The notes beneath the pieces are model-generated. The model was not told the DNA's origin. It did no database searches and saw nothing but the letters and a program-made list of their open reading frames with translations. From the NCBI GenBank assembly GCA_964390385.1, contig CAYMJH010000003.1:1-48293 (forward strand): a DNA stretch of 48,293 nt, given 5' to 3'. This document shows, piece after piece, positions 36,094 through 44,772 of the stretch (positions within the stretch are counted from its first letter, which is position 1; each line of letters starts with the position of its first letter). The stretch comes from an uncultured Bacteroidales bacterium. GTDB lineage: Bacteria > Bacteroidota > Bacteroidia > Bacteroidales > UBA10428. The translations under genes were made by a program, and so were the position numbers.

Positions 36094-36204
36094 TCCTTGA
36101 ATTCCGGTGAGCGCATTCCCCGTCGGCTCTGCCGCGGGGTAAGCGAACAACGCAATAAGGAAGTCCTTGACGGAATCGGATTCCTCGCCGGCTCTGCCGC
36201 GAGG
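36094..36204. repeat. Imperfect ~65-70 bp tandem repeat carrying two GC-rich bulged hairpins
   Basis: Unit 1 is 36094-36139 and unit 2 is 36164-36204; both begin TCCTTGA. Unit 1 ends in hairpin CCCCGtCGGC-TCT-GCCGCGGGG (36118-36139). Unit 2 ends in CCTCGcCGGC-TCT-GCCGCGAGG (36183-36204). A C-G pair in hairpin 1 is replaced by a T-A pair in hairpin 2. Confidence 0.6.
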
Positions 36205-36359
36205 AGCTTCAATTGAAGTTTTCTTTTCGGATTTTATTTCAGTATGGGAATGGTTGTTAAATTTATAAAATCTATTCACGATTCTGTTTTCAAAAACCAT
36301 AACCTTTTATAACGTTGTAGTTCAAAAAAATCTGTTAAGAATAGAGCATAATTTACCAC

Positions 36360-39347
36360 ATGAGAATCCGTAATTCAATTTATATCATACTGTTTTGCAT
36401 CGCACTGTTTTCAAATTATGCCTGCAAGCAACAGGAATCAGCCTCTTCAAATAATCTTGAAGAACAGTTTCTGAATCCGCCAACTTCAGCTAGACCTTAT
36501 GTTTGGTGGCACTGGATGGGTTCCAACTTTTCGAAAGAAGGCATCACTAAGGATTTGGAAGCCATGAAAGCGGAGGGAATCGGAGGGGCAACCATTTTCA
36601 ACCTGAGTTCTGCAGTTCAGGAATCTCATGCGCCTACGCTGAATAACCCCTGGCCGGATCAGACCTACCGGAGCCCGGCATACTGGGATGCATTAAAACA
36701 TGCTGCCGCCGAAGCTGACCGGCTTGGGCTGGAAATCGGGCTGCACAACACGGTGGGTTATTCCACCACCGGAGGTCCCTGGATCGGCGAGGAACGCAGC
36801 ATGCAGCGGCTGGTCTGGAGCGATACGATCCTAACCGGAGGTATTACCCTCCGGGTGAAACTCAAAAAACCGGTTTTGGTGGCGGATGAAGGGTGGGGTA
36901 AGACCGGACGTAAAATTTCTTTCTACCGGGATGTGACGGTGTTGGCGGTTCCAGCAGGGGAAAAGGAAATAAAACTTTCTGAGGTACTGAACTTAACGCA
37001 TAAATTCAATTCGAATGGAGAATTGGATTGGAAAGCTCCGGTGGGCAAATGGGTCGTTTACAGGATAGGCCACGCCTCCACAGGCCGTCCGCCTCATCCT
37101 GTTCCCGATGACCTGCTGGGAAAGGTGCTGGAAGCCGATAAGATGAGTGTCGAACAGACTGAATGGCATTGGAAAAATGTGCTGGATCCGGTGAAAGAAC
37201 ATCTGGGCGAATACCTCGGCAAGTCTTTCAAACACATGCTGATCGACAGTTACGAAGCCGGAAATCAGAACTGGACCCCTCAGTTTCGCGATGAATTCAT
37301 CAGACTTAAAGGATACGACCCAATCCCCTGGCTGGCTTCTTTCAGTCAGACCGTCGGAACAGGGAAGGAAAGTAAGGACCGGCGGATCGTTGAAAGTGAA
37401 GAACTTACCCGCCGTTTTGATCGGGATTACAGGGATGTGATCAGCCGGTTGTTTTTTGAATACGGATGGAAACCCGGAAAACAAATGCTGGCAAAAGCTA
37501 ACCTTCAGCTTCAGTTTGAACCTTACGAAGGCCTATTCAGCACCCCTGAAGGAGTGGCTTTGGCCAACATACCCATGGCAGAATTCTGGACTGCCGGTAT
37601 TGGCGGAATTTCACCACAGGTTCCCGCTGCCGCAAGAGCTACCGGTAAAAGGGTGGTGGGTGCGGAAGCATTTACCGGCAGGCCGGAGGTTAGTCAGTAT
37701 ACCGAAGATCCTGCTTTCCTGAAGGTTTCTGCAGACAAGGTTTTTGCACAGGGCATCAACCGGATGATCCTGCACCATTGGGTGCATCAGCCCTTCAACG
37801 ACAAGTACCAACCCGGAATGGGAATGGGGTGGTGGGGAACCCATTTCGGCCGCCATCAAACCTGGTTTGAGCCGGGTAAGGCATTCTTTGAATACCTGGC
37901 CCGGTGCCAGGCTATGCTGCAACATGGAGAACAGCCGGCTGATTTTTTGTGCGTGGATAAATTGCAGGGTTATAGTGATCTGATATCAATGAATGATTTT
38001 CTCCATCAAAACATATCGGTCAAAAACGGCAAACTGGTATTGCCTTCCGGAAGAAGCTATTTCTTTCTGGTGTTCAGCGATAGTCTGATGTTGCCCGAAA
38101 CAGCCCTGAAAATAAAGGAACTGGTTGCTTTGGGAGCTGTGGTGGTTTCGCCAAAGCCTGTAAAATCGCCAAGTCTGAAAAACTATCCTGACTGCGATAT
38201 AACAATTAAAAAGTTAGCCGATGAAGTTTGGGGCAGCGGTATTCAAAACCATTTTGGTAAGGGTTTTATTTTTAATAAATCGGAAGATGCCATCGACCAT
38301 GCAGGAATTAAGCCTGATTTTGCCATTGAGGAAGCTGCTGATCAGGACAATATCAAAATAGCCTACCGCACTTCTCAGGAAGCTGACATTTATTTTGTGG
38401 CCAATTTGTCGGAAAACAGGCAACACATTGTCGTGTCATTCCGGATTTCAGACAAGCAACCTGAATTGTGGCAAGCTGAAGACGGCAGCATCTCCAATGC
38501 TCAGGTGTGGCAGGAAAAGGGTGGCCGTACAACTGTTGTACTGAATCTCAAAGGTACACAGTCGGTTTTTGTGGTTTTCAGAAAGCCTCCAACAAACGCC
38601 GATCACCCGGGTTCAATCATGGTTTCAGATTCTTCTGCCAACTGGACTATTCAGACCGATAAAAACGGAGATGCAGTGTTTTATACTCCGGAACCCCTGA
38701 CAGTGAAAGTAATTTATTCTTCCGGCAAGGAAAAAACTTTTCAAACAGAAACACAACCGCCATTAGAAATTACCGGAAGCTGGAATGTTTCTTTTGTACC
38801 CAAATTGGATAAACCTTTTGAAATGGATTTTCCTGAATTGGTGGACTTCAGCAAGCATAGCAGCAGGGAAGTAAACTATTTTGCCGGTACAGCCATCTAT
38901 CACAAAACGATAGACATTGCTCCGGAATTCATGGCAGAGAATCAGAAGATTTTTATTGATCTGGGGGTTATGAACGACATCGCTGAGGTCCTAATTAACG
39001 GTAAAAATGCCGGAGTACTTTGGTATCCGCCATATTCTGTGGATATTACAGGTTTGCTTAAAACTGGTAATAATACTCTGGAGATTGCCGTAACCAACAA
39101 CTGGGCCAACCGCCTGATCGGTGATGAGCAGGAACCCGCCGATTTTGAGTGGGGCAAAGACCGCGGCGAAAAAATGGGACGTGCCATACTCGCTTACCCG
39201 GATTGGTTCTTGAAAAATGAAACACGACCTTCACAAGGCCGTAAAACTTTTTCGGTTTGGTATTATTACCGCAAAGAGAGTCCGTTGAGCCCTGCCGGTT
39301 TGGTCGGGCCGGTACGATTGATAAGAGCGTCAGAAGTCAAATTGTAA
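36360..39347 (+). CDS. GH106-like glycoside hydrolase (putative alpha-L-rhamnosidase) with C-terminal jelly-roll domain, lipoprotein
   Basis: The signal ends ...LFSNYAC. The N-terminal pattern FLNPPTSARPYVWWHWMGSNFSKEGITKDLEAMKAEGIGG is characteristic of the Glyco_hydro_106-type family as I recall it. The C-terminal region reads FIDLGVMNDIAEVLINGKNAGVLWYPPYSVDITGLLKTGNNTLEIAVTNNWANRLIGD. Confidence 0.6.
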   Translation: MRIRNSIYIILFCIALFSNYACKQQESASSNNLEEQFLNPPTSARPYVWWHWMGSNFSKEGITKDLEAMKAEGIGGATIFNLSSAVQESHAPTLNNPWPDQTYRSPAYWDALKHAAAEADRLGLEIGLHNTVGYSTTGGPWIGEERSMQRLVWSDTILTGGITLRVKLKKPVLVADEGWGKTGRKISFYRDVTVLAVPAGEKEIKLSEVLNLTHKFNSNGELDWKAPVGKWVVYRIGHASTGRPPHPVPDDLLGKVLEADKMSVEQTEWHWKNVLDPVKEHLGEYLGKSFKHMLIDSYEAGNQNWTPQFRDEFIRLKGYDPIPWLASFSQTVGTGKESKDRRIVESEELTRRFDRDYRDVISRLFFEYGWKPGKQMLAKANLQLQFEPYEGLFSTPEGVALANIPMAEFWTAGIGGISPQVPAAARATGKRVVGAEAFTGRPEVSQYTEDPAFLKVSADKVFAQGINRMILHHWVHQPFNDKYQPGMGMGWWGTHFGRHQTWFEPGKAFFEYLARCQAMLQHGEQPADFLCVDKLQGYSDLISMNDFLHQNISVKNGKLVLPSGRSYFFLVFSDSLMLPETALKIKELVALGAVVVSPKPVKSPSLKNYPDCDITIKKLADEVWGSGIQNHFGKGFIFNKSEDAIDHAGIKPDFAIEEAADQDNIKIAYRTSQEADIYFVANLSENRQHIVVSFRISDKQPELWQAEDGSISNAQVWQEKGGRTTVVLNLKGTQSVFVVFRKPPTNADHPGSIMVSDSSANWTIQTDKNGDAVFYTPEPLTVKVIYSSGKEKTFQTETQPPLEITGSWNVSFVPKLDKPFEMDFPELVDFSKHSSREVNYFAGTAIYHKTIDIAPEFMAENQKIFIDLGVMNDIAEVLINGKNAGVLWYPPYSVDITGLLKTGNNTLEIAVTNNWANRLIGDEQEPADFEWGKDRGEKMGRAILAYPDWFLKNETRPSQGRKTFSVWYYYRKESPLSPAGLVGPVRLIRASEVKL

Positions 39348-39360
39348 ATGCAAAGTGGTT

Positions 39361-41835
39361 ATGAAAAAGTTTTCTGTTTTGATTATAATACTCCTGGGAA
39401 GTGTTCCTGCTTTCGCACAGGACTTATTCAGTTCTTATGAACAGGCGAAACTTCACCCTTTAACATATGACCGGCCGGCTCCCGATTTCTTTGAAGGTGC
39501 CCTGCTTGGCAACGGAGCCATGGGCGTGGTGGTCACCACCCGGCCCGATGCGGTGGTTTTCTATTTTGGCCATAACAATGTCTGGGACATCAGGATTGCG
39601 GAAAACAACAAGGAGAAAATCGGCACTTTTAAGGAGGTATTTAACCGGGTTAAAGCAATTCCCGATACCTTGAAAATGCTGACCGATGATCCCTGGTACC
39701 GGGAATACAGCGGGATGGCGGCAGAAAACTACCGGAAACCTTATCCCCGGCCTTTCCCCTGCGGTTCGGTTTTGCTGGGTTTTGACCGGCGGAATGCGGA
39801 GTTAATTGGTCACAGACTGGATATTTCAGATGGTTTGTGCGAAGTCTATTTACTCACCAGCGATAAGAAAAAAATAACACTCCATGTATTCACCGATATG
39901 ACCGAAGACCGGCTTTGGTTCAGGTTGACTGATCAGCAAGGCAATCCGTGTGAAAATATCTTTGACCGTATCCGGGTTATGATCGATCCGTCCACGCCAA
40001 TGGAATTTCCAAAGGCTCAAATGGAGGAAAACCTGGAAAATGGTGTCATCGCTTTCAGGCAAACTTTACCCTATTCAGAACCGGACAAATACGATGCAGA
40101 AAAAGGTCACCCTAAAGATAAGGCATTCCGGCTGACTGCTGCAGTAAATTGCCCATTAGCAAAGAGATCAAGGATAAACTGGGATGGCATCAAGGAGGAC
40201 ATGGCGCCTCTGGAAGCCGCTATCTTAAAACAATCCGGTTTTGTGGGTTTTATTTCACTGGAGGAAGGATTGAACAGCCAGGTAGAAAAGCATCTGCCAG
40301 TGTCACCATCGTTTCCCCGGCCGGAAAAACTCAGGTCATCTTTGGATCGAAACCTGGAAATCTGGAAAGAGTACTGGAACAAATCGGGAGTAAAACTCAA
40401 TGATCCGTTTCTCGAGCGGATGTGGTATCAGAACCTTTATTTTTTGAATTGTGCGGCAAAAGACGGGGCTACCACACCCGGACTTTTTGCCAACTGGAGT
40501 TACAACAACATCGGAACGGCCTGGCACGGCGATTATCACATGAATTACAACACCCAACAGCCTTTCTGGGCAACTTTTTCGAGCAATCACCTGGAGAAGA
40601 ACCTTCCGTATGTGAACCTGATTGAGCAGTTGATGCCTGTCAGCCAATCCTGGGCAAGAGCGTACTATGAATTGCCGGGAGCCTATTTCCCGCACAGCGC
40701 CTATCCGGTGGATATGTCCATGAATGCCTATCCGGTACCCACTTGGGGTTGGGAAATTGCCGAAACCCCCTGGGCAGTGCAGGGATTGTGGTGGCATTAT
40801 CTCTACTCAGGCGACATGGAATTCCTGAAAAACCGTGCTTTTGAACCGATGAAAGCTGCCGTTGAATTTCTGGTTGCCTACATGAAACGTCCGGAGGCCA
40901 GCGGTCCGCAATGGAACGATGATAAATTTCACATCTTCCCGACGGTGCCGCCTGAATTGTATGGACTCCGCCCGGGTTTCAAATACAATTATGACTGCAA
41001 TGCCGATTTGTCGCTTACGAAATTTATTTTCAAAGCATTCATCGAAGCAACCAAAATTTTAAAAACCGAAAAGGCAGAAATAGCGCTACTGAATGATATT
41101 GGTTTGATTTTGTCCCGCTTCCCGGATTATCCCACGGCTGTATCCGAAAAATATGGCAAAGTGCTGGTTTCAGTCCCGGAAGAACACGACCAGGTGGTGT
41201 ATAATGCTCCTCTGCTTTTGTTCACCGTATTTCCCGGAGAAGACCATGGATTACATTCCGGTCCGGAAACCATGCAGCTCCTGAAAAACTCTTATCTCAA
41301 TCAGCAGAACGAAGGTGGCAATGATCTGGTATTTATTAATTTACAGGCTGCCCGCATTGGTATGCTCGATATTGAAAGGTTTAAACGCCAGGTGAATTAT
41401 TCTTTAATGCCCAACGGAACAGCTTCAGACAGGGTCATGCAGGTACACGGCCGGTACAACGATACCACAACCTATGGTTATATGGATAAAATGGGGATTT
41501 GGTTTGAAAATTTTGGACTTCCTGTGGTGGTCAACGAATGCCTGATGCAGAGTTACACCGGAACCATCCGGTTTTTCCCCAACTGGCCAATGGATAAAGA
41601 TGCCGAATTTAAGAATTTAAGAGCGGTGGGGGCATTTTTGGTGGGTGCAACCCTGAAATCCGGAACCGTGGAAGAAATCAGGGTATTCAGTGAAGCCGGG
41701 GGAGTGTTGAAAATGATTTTACCTTGGGAAAAAGGAGGTATGGTATCCTCTTCAGGAGGCAAAATGAGATTCTCTTCCCCAATTGTTGAAATAGAGACCG
41801 TTAAAGGGGAAAATCTGATTTTCAAATCTTTATGA
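39361..41835 (+). CDS. GH95-like six-hairpin glycoside hydrolase (putative alpha-L-fucosidase/galactosidase-type)
   Basis: The listed ORF starts at a GTG (39355). The ATG at 39361 gives MKKFSVLIIILLGSVPAFAQ. The N-terminal PAPDFFEGALLGNGAMGVVV resembles the GH95 N-domain GNG motif. The C-terminal FKNLRAVGAFLVGATLKSGTVEEIRVFS is a typical terminal beta-sandwich. Confidence 0.5.
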   Translation: MKKFSVLIIILLGSVPAFAQDLFSSYEQAKLHPLTYDRPAPDFFEGALLGNGAMGVVVTTRPDAVVFYFGHNNVWDIRIAENNKEKIGTFKEVFNRVKAIPDTLKMLTDDPWYREYSGMAAENYRKPYPRPFPCGSVLLGFDRRNAELIGHRLDISDGLCEVYLLTSDKKKITLHVFTDMTEDRLWFRLTDQQGNPCENIFDRIRVMIDPSTPMEFPKAQMEENLENGVIAFRQTLPYSEPDKYDAEKGHPKDKAFRLTAAVNCPLAKRSRINWDGIKEDMAPLEAAILKQSGFVGFISLEEGLNSQVEKHLPVSPSFPRPEKLRSSLDRNLEIWKEYWNKSGVKLNDPFLERMWYQNLYFLNCAAKDGATTPGLFANWSYNNIGTAWHGDYHMNYNTQQPFWATFSSNHLEKNLPYVNLIEQLMPVSQSWARAYYELPGAYFPHSAYPVDMSMNAYPVPTWGWEIAETPWAVQGLWWHYLYSGDMEFLKNRAFEPMKAAVEFLVAYMKRPEASGPQWNDDKFHIFPTVPPELYGLRPGFKYNYDCNADLSLTKFIFKAFIEATKILKTEKAEIALLNDIGLILSRFPDYPTAVSEKYGKVLVSVPEEHDQVVYNAPLLLFTVFPGEDHGLHSGPETMQLLKNSYLNQQNEGGNDLVFINLQAARIGMLDIERFKRQVNYSLMPNGTASDRVMQVHGRYNDTTTYGYMDKMGIWFENFGLPVVVNECLMQSYTGTIRFFPNWPMDKDAEFKNLRAVGAFLVGATLKSGTVEEIRVFSEAGGVLKMILPWEKGGMVSSSGGKMRFSSPIVEIETVKGENLIFKSL

Positions 41836-42024
41836 TTCATAAAAATCTGAAACCGGCGGAAGGGTTGACTTTCTGAGGAAGACTGTATAGTTGAGTCAGG
41901 TTTTTATATTCTCATGCCATAGAATGGGGTTTAAACGTCTCTTTGATCCTCCGCCGTTGTTTGAAAAACAAATGTTGTGATTACGTAGTTGAAAATATCT
42001 TGCTTGCCAGTGAACTATCGTTTT

Positions 42025-44547
42025 TCAATTTACCACGATCATCCTGCTTTCACCCGCTTTGATAACGGCATCCTTTAATTTTGCCGTACCGGCGTCTGTC
42101 AGGGTAAATTTCGAAAGGGCAATCTGACCAGACAATACATTCAGTGTAGCCTTTTGATCTTCCACTTTACAGGTTCCCCAGGCATAGCCGTTACTCCAGA
42201 AGTAGGTTCCGGGTTTCGACGTGAAAGATATCGATTGGTCTACACCTGAATATTGAAATCCGGTCAGAGTGAGCGGTGCTGACCAGCTGGCCATTGCCCT
42301 TCCGTAATGATGGCCGCACTCTGCCTCGTTAAAGGGACTCCGTTTCCTGCCGTCATAACGGTTGCGGATGTTTCTGATACATTCCAGCCCATCCCCGGTT
42401 TGCCCTTCCTGGAGCATTCCTATGGCAGCTGTGTATTCAAAGCCGGTCATTACCTCGGTGAAATAGGGAAACGGATTTAGCGGCCTTGTTTTCGGGTAAG
42501 ATGCCATAAGCAGGGCAGCTTCGTCGCCAAGGGCATAACTCCTGAAGCAATTGAAATGGTCAGAAAGATCAGCTTTGTAGTTGTATTTCATGATACTCTG
42601 CAAAGTTTTGGCCACATTCTCCTTTTTCACAAGGTATCCTAATCCGCATACATGCGACAGATACTGGCCAGCCAGTTGATCGACCAGGCATCCTTCGCCC
42701 AGCTGGTAATCAGGATTGCCGTAATCGGAAGCCCCCATGCCGACCAGCTGTTCCTTTGGAATATCTTCTTTTTTCGGTATGATGATCTGGTGGATATAAT
42801 ATTCACCGTTGAATAGGTTTTCATCTGTCCATTGACTACCCCTTTCAAAAAGCAACATGCATTTTGTTGCCATTTCCTTGTCTTTCATGTAGTTTGCCAT
42901 CTCTTCCATGGCGCGCAAGGCCCCCAGATACCAGATGGTCATCTGGGGATTGGGACCATAATACTCTACATCCATGGTATTGTGCTGGACACCTTCCATC
43001 ACTCCGTCCTGGTCTCCATCCCATCCTCCTTTTTCCCAGGCATAACTTAACGCGCTTTTCCCCATGGGGTAAAGCTCTTCCAGAAAACTCCGGTCACCCG
43101 AGAGCTGCCATTCCCTGTACAACTTCATAATACAACCCATTTGTCCATCCGCAGCTACTTTGTAAAACTCGGGAATCTTATCGAAAGGCAGCTTCACCCT
43201 GAAACTCATCACGCCCTCAGTGGTAGTGGCCACCCCAAATTCGATATTCCTCATCGATTTCGCCAGATCCCCGAAAAGAAAGGCGGTGGCTGTTTCATAA
43301 TTCCATACATGGGTGCAACTGCCAAAGCAACACCCCGATTTGTCATTGCACCCTTCCCATACAAAGAAATTGCCGTCCGAAAGCCGGAAACAGGTCTGTG
43401 TCCTTAAGGTACTAATGTTAAAAAGCGCAGCTTCCTTCACTTCTTCAGGAAGATCACTGTTGCAGAATGAACTGACAAATGCGATGGTTTTATCTTCGAG
43501 TTCACCCAGCCCGGGTAAAACCCGTGCAGCAACATCCCATGCCCCGTCGTATTGGGTGGTGTAATAATTTCTCATGGTTTCAGAGGCCCAGGCGGTCCTG
43601 TTCGGGAAGTACCATGTCAGCAGGAATCGGATAGTTTTTGTTCCATGAGGGGGTAGCAGATCACTGACGGCAAGCGATGCCATGGGTTTATCAGAATCTG
43701 CATCCACCCTGTTTTCAAGCAGACCGTCGTTTGCAAAATCATCCCAATAGTCCAGCATAGAAGATCCCCATCCCTTGGGTGACCAGGCTGTCCGGAAAGA
43801 GATATTTTCTGATGCCGGAGTTACCAGTGCCATTTCTCCCCATTGGTCAGCCTTTGAATCTACCCCTTCAGAGGTGAAGAGTATTCCTTTCATGCCATTT
43901 TCTGCCCGGAATGCATTTTTATTTTTATTGGCTTTTCCCTGACTACCATCTTCCCCGATAAAATTCTGCATGTTACCGCATATGGAAAATGAAATTTCTT
44001 TTCCGGAAGTATTGGTCAGTTCAAAATCGATGACGGCCAAAGGCAGACTGCTATTGTCCACATCTCCGGGAATCAGGGGATTGAAAGATTTTATTCTTAC
44101 GCTGACAGGTATCTGTGGTGTGCTGAGGCTCACCTGGCCGAAGGGATAGGCGGCTTCAAAAGAGGATTCTTTAAACCTTGGCAATCCATGGTTGGTGCCA
44201 ACAGCCCCCGAGCTGCCCTCGTACTGGTACCAGGGGAGAGGCCCTTCGAGCAAGCGCGCCTCCTTCTTCCCCTCCACATCGGTATACAGGGTGAAAAAGG
44301 TGGAGTTCTCCCGTCCTGTACCTGGATTATATCCTTTGGCAGGGCGGTTCATGATCTCCACATCCTGGAAGTTTCCCCTGCCACCAAGGGAAATGGTGCC
44401 GGTACCAATTCCTCCTACCGGAAGGGCAATTTTCCATGAATGTTCCTGGTCGTATTTTTTCAGTACCGGCCACTCCTCGGAACGGGCATTTTTAGAGATG
44501 ATGAGTCCAAAAAAAACAACAAGGGAAAATAGTGGTATAGTCTTCAT
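42025..44547 (-). CDS. Glycoside hydrolase family 116 (GBA2-type beta-glycosidase), secreted
   Basis: The GBA2_N motif LPVGGIGTGTISLGGRGNFQDVEIMNRPAKG is present, and the catalytic region contains GCCFGSCTHVWNYE. The likely start is the ATG at 44547, giving signal MKTIPLFSLVVFFGLIISKNA; the longest ORF extends to 44619. Confidence 0.85.
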   Translation of the reverse strand: MKTIPLFSLVVFFGLIISKNARSEEWPVLKKYDQEHSWKIALPVGGIGTGTISLGGRGNFQDVEIMNRPAKGYNPGTGRENSTFFTLYTDVEGKKEARLLEGPLPWYQYEGSSGAVGTNHGLPRFKESSFEAAYPFGQVSLSTPQIPVSVRIKSFNPLIPGDVDNSSLPLAVIDFELTNTSGKEISFSICGNMQNFIGEDGSQGKANKNKNAFRAENGMKGILFTSEGVDSKADQWGEMALVTPASENISFRTAWSPKGWGSSMLDYWDDFANDGLLENRVDADSDKPMASLAVSDLLPPHGTKTIRFLLTWYFPNRTAWASETMRNYYTTQYDGAWDVAARVLPGLGELEDKTIAFVSSFCNSDLPEEVKEAALFNISTLRTQTCFRLSDGNFFVWEGCNDKSGCCFGSCTHVWNYETATAFLFGDLAKSMRNIEFGVATTTEGVMSFRVKLPFDKIPEFYKVAADGQMGCIMKLYREWQLSGDRSFLEELYPMGKSALSYAWEKGGWDGDQDGVMEGVQHNTMDVEYYGPNPQMTIWYLGALRAMEEMANYMKDKEMATKCMLLFERGSQWTDENLFNGEYYIHQIIIPKKEDIPKEQLVGMGASDYGNPDYQLGEGCLVDQLAGQYLSHVCGLGYLVKKENVAKTLQSIMKYNYKADLSDHFNCFRSYALGDEAALLMASYPKTRPLNPFPYFTEVMTGFEYTAAIGMLQEGQTGDGLECIRNIRNRYDGRKRSPFNEAECGHHYGRAMASWSAPLTLTGFQYSGVDQSISFTSKPGTYFWSNGYAWGTCKVEDQKATLNVLSGQIALSKFTLTDAGTAKLKDAVIKAGESRMIVVN

Positions 44548-44772
44548 GATAATCAGGTATACAGCCAAATTTAGCAATTTTCCCGGGGAAAACTTGTTTT
44601 TCTGCAATTTTGGCATCATAGTCCGGATGGATTAACTTACATCAAAAATGTAAATTGTAACTATTTACGACAAGTTTTTTGGAAAACTTCGATTCCGAAA
44701 TACGTTACAGATCCGGAATTAGTTACAAAAGAGAAATTATCCTATTTTTATGAAAAAACCAGTTAGTCAGTT

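Noticed and set aside
35704-36300. A 198-aa minus-strand ORF spanning the GH127 3' end and the following intergenic region.
   Set aside because: More than half of it is antisense to the conserved GH127 C-terminus. The rest is read through the GC-rich hairpin repeats. It has no signal, motif or plausible start context, so the region is better explained as a structured non-coding repeat.
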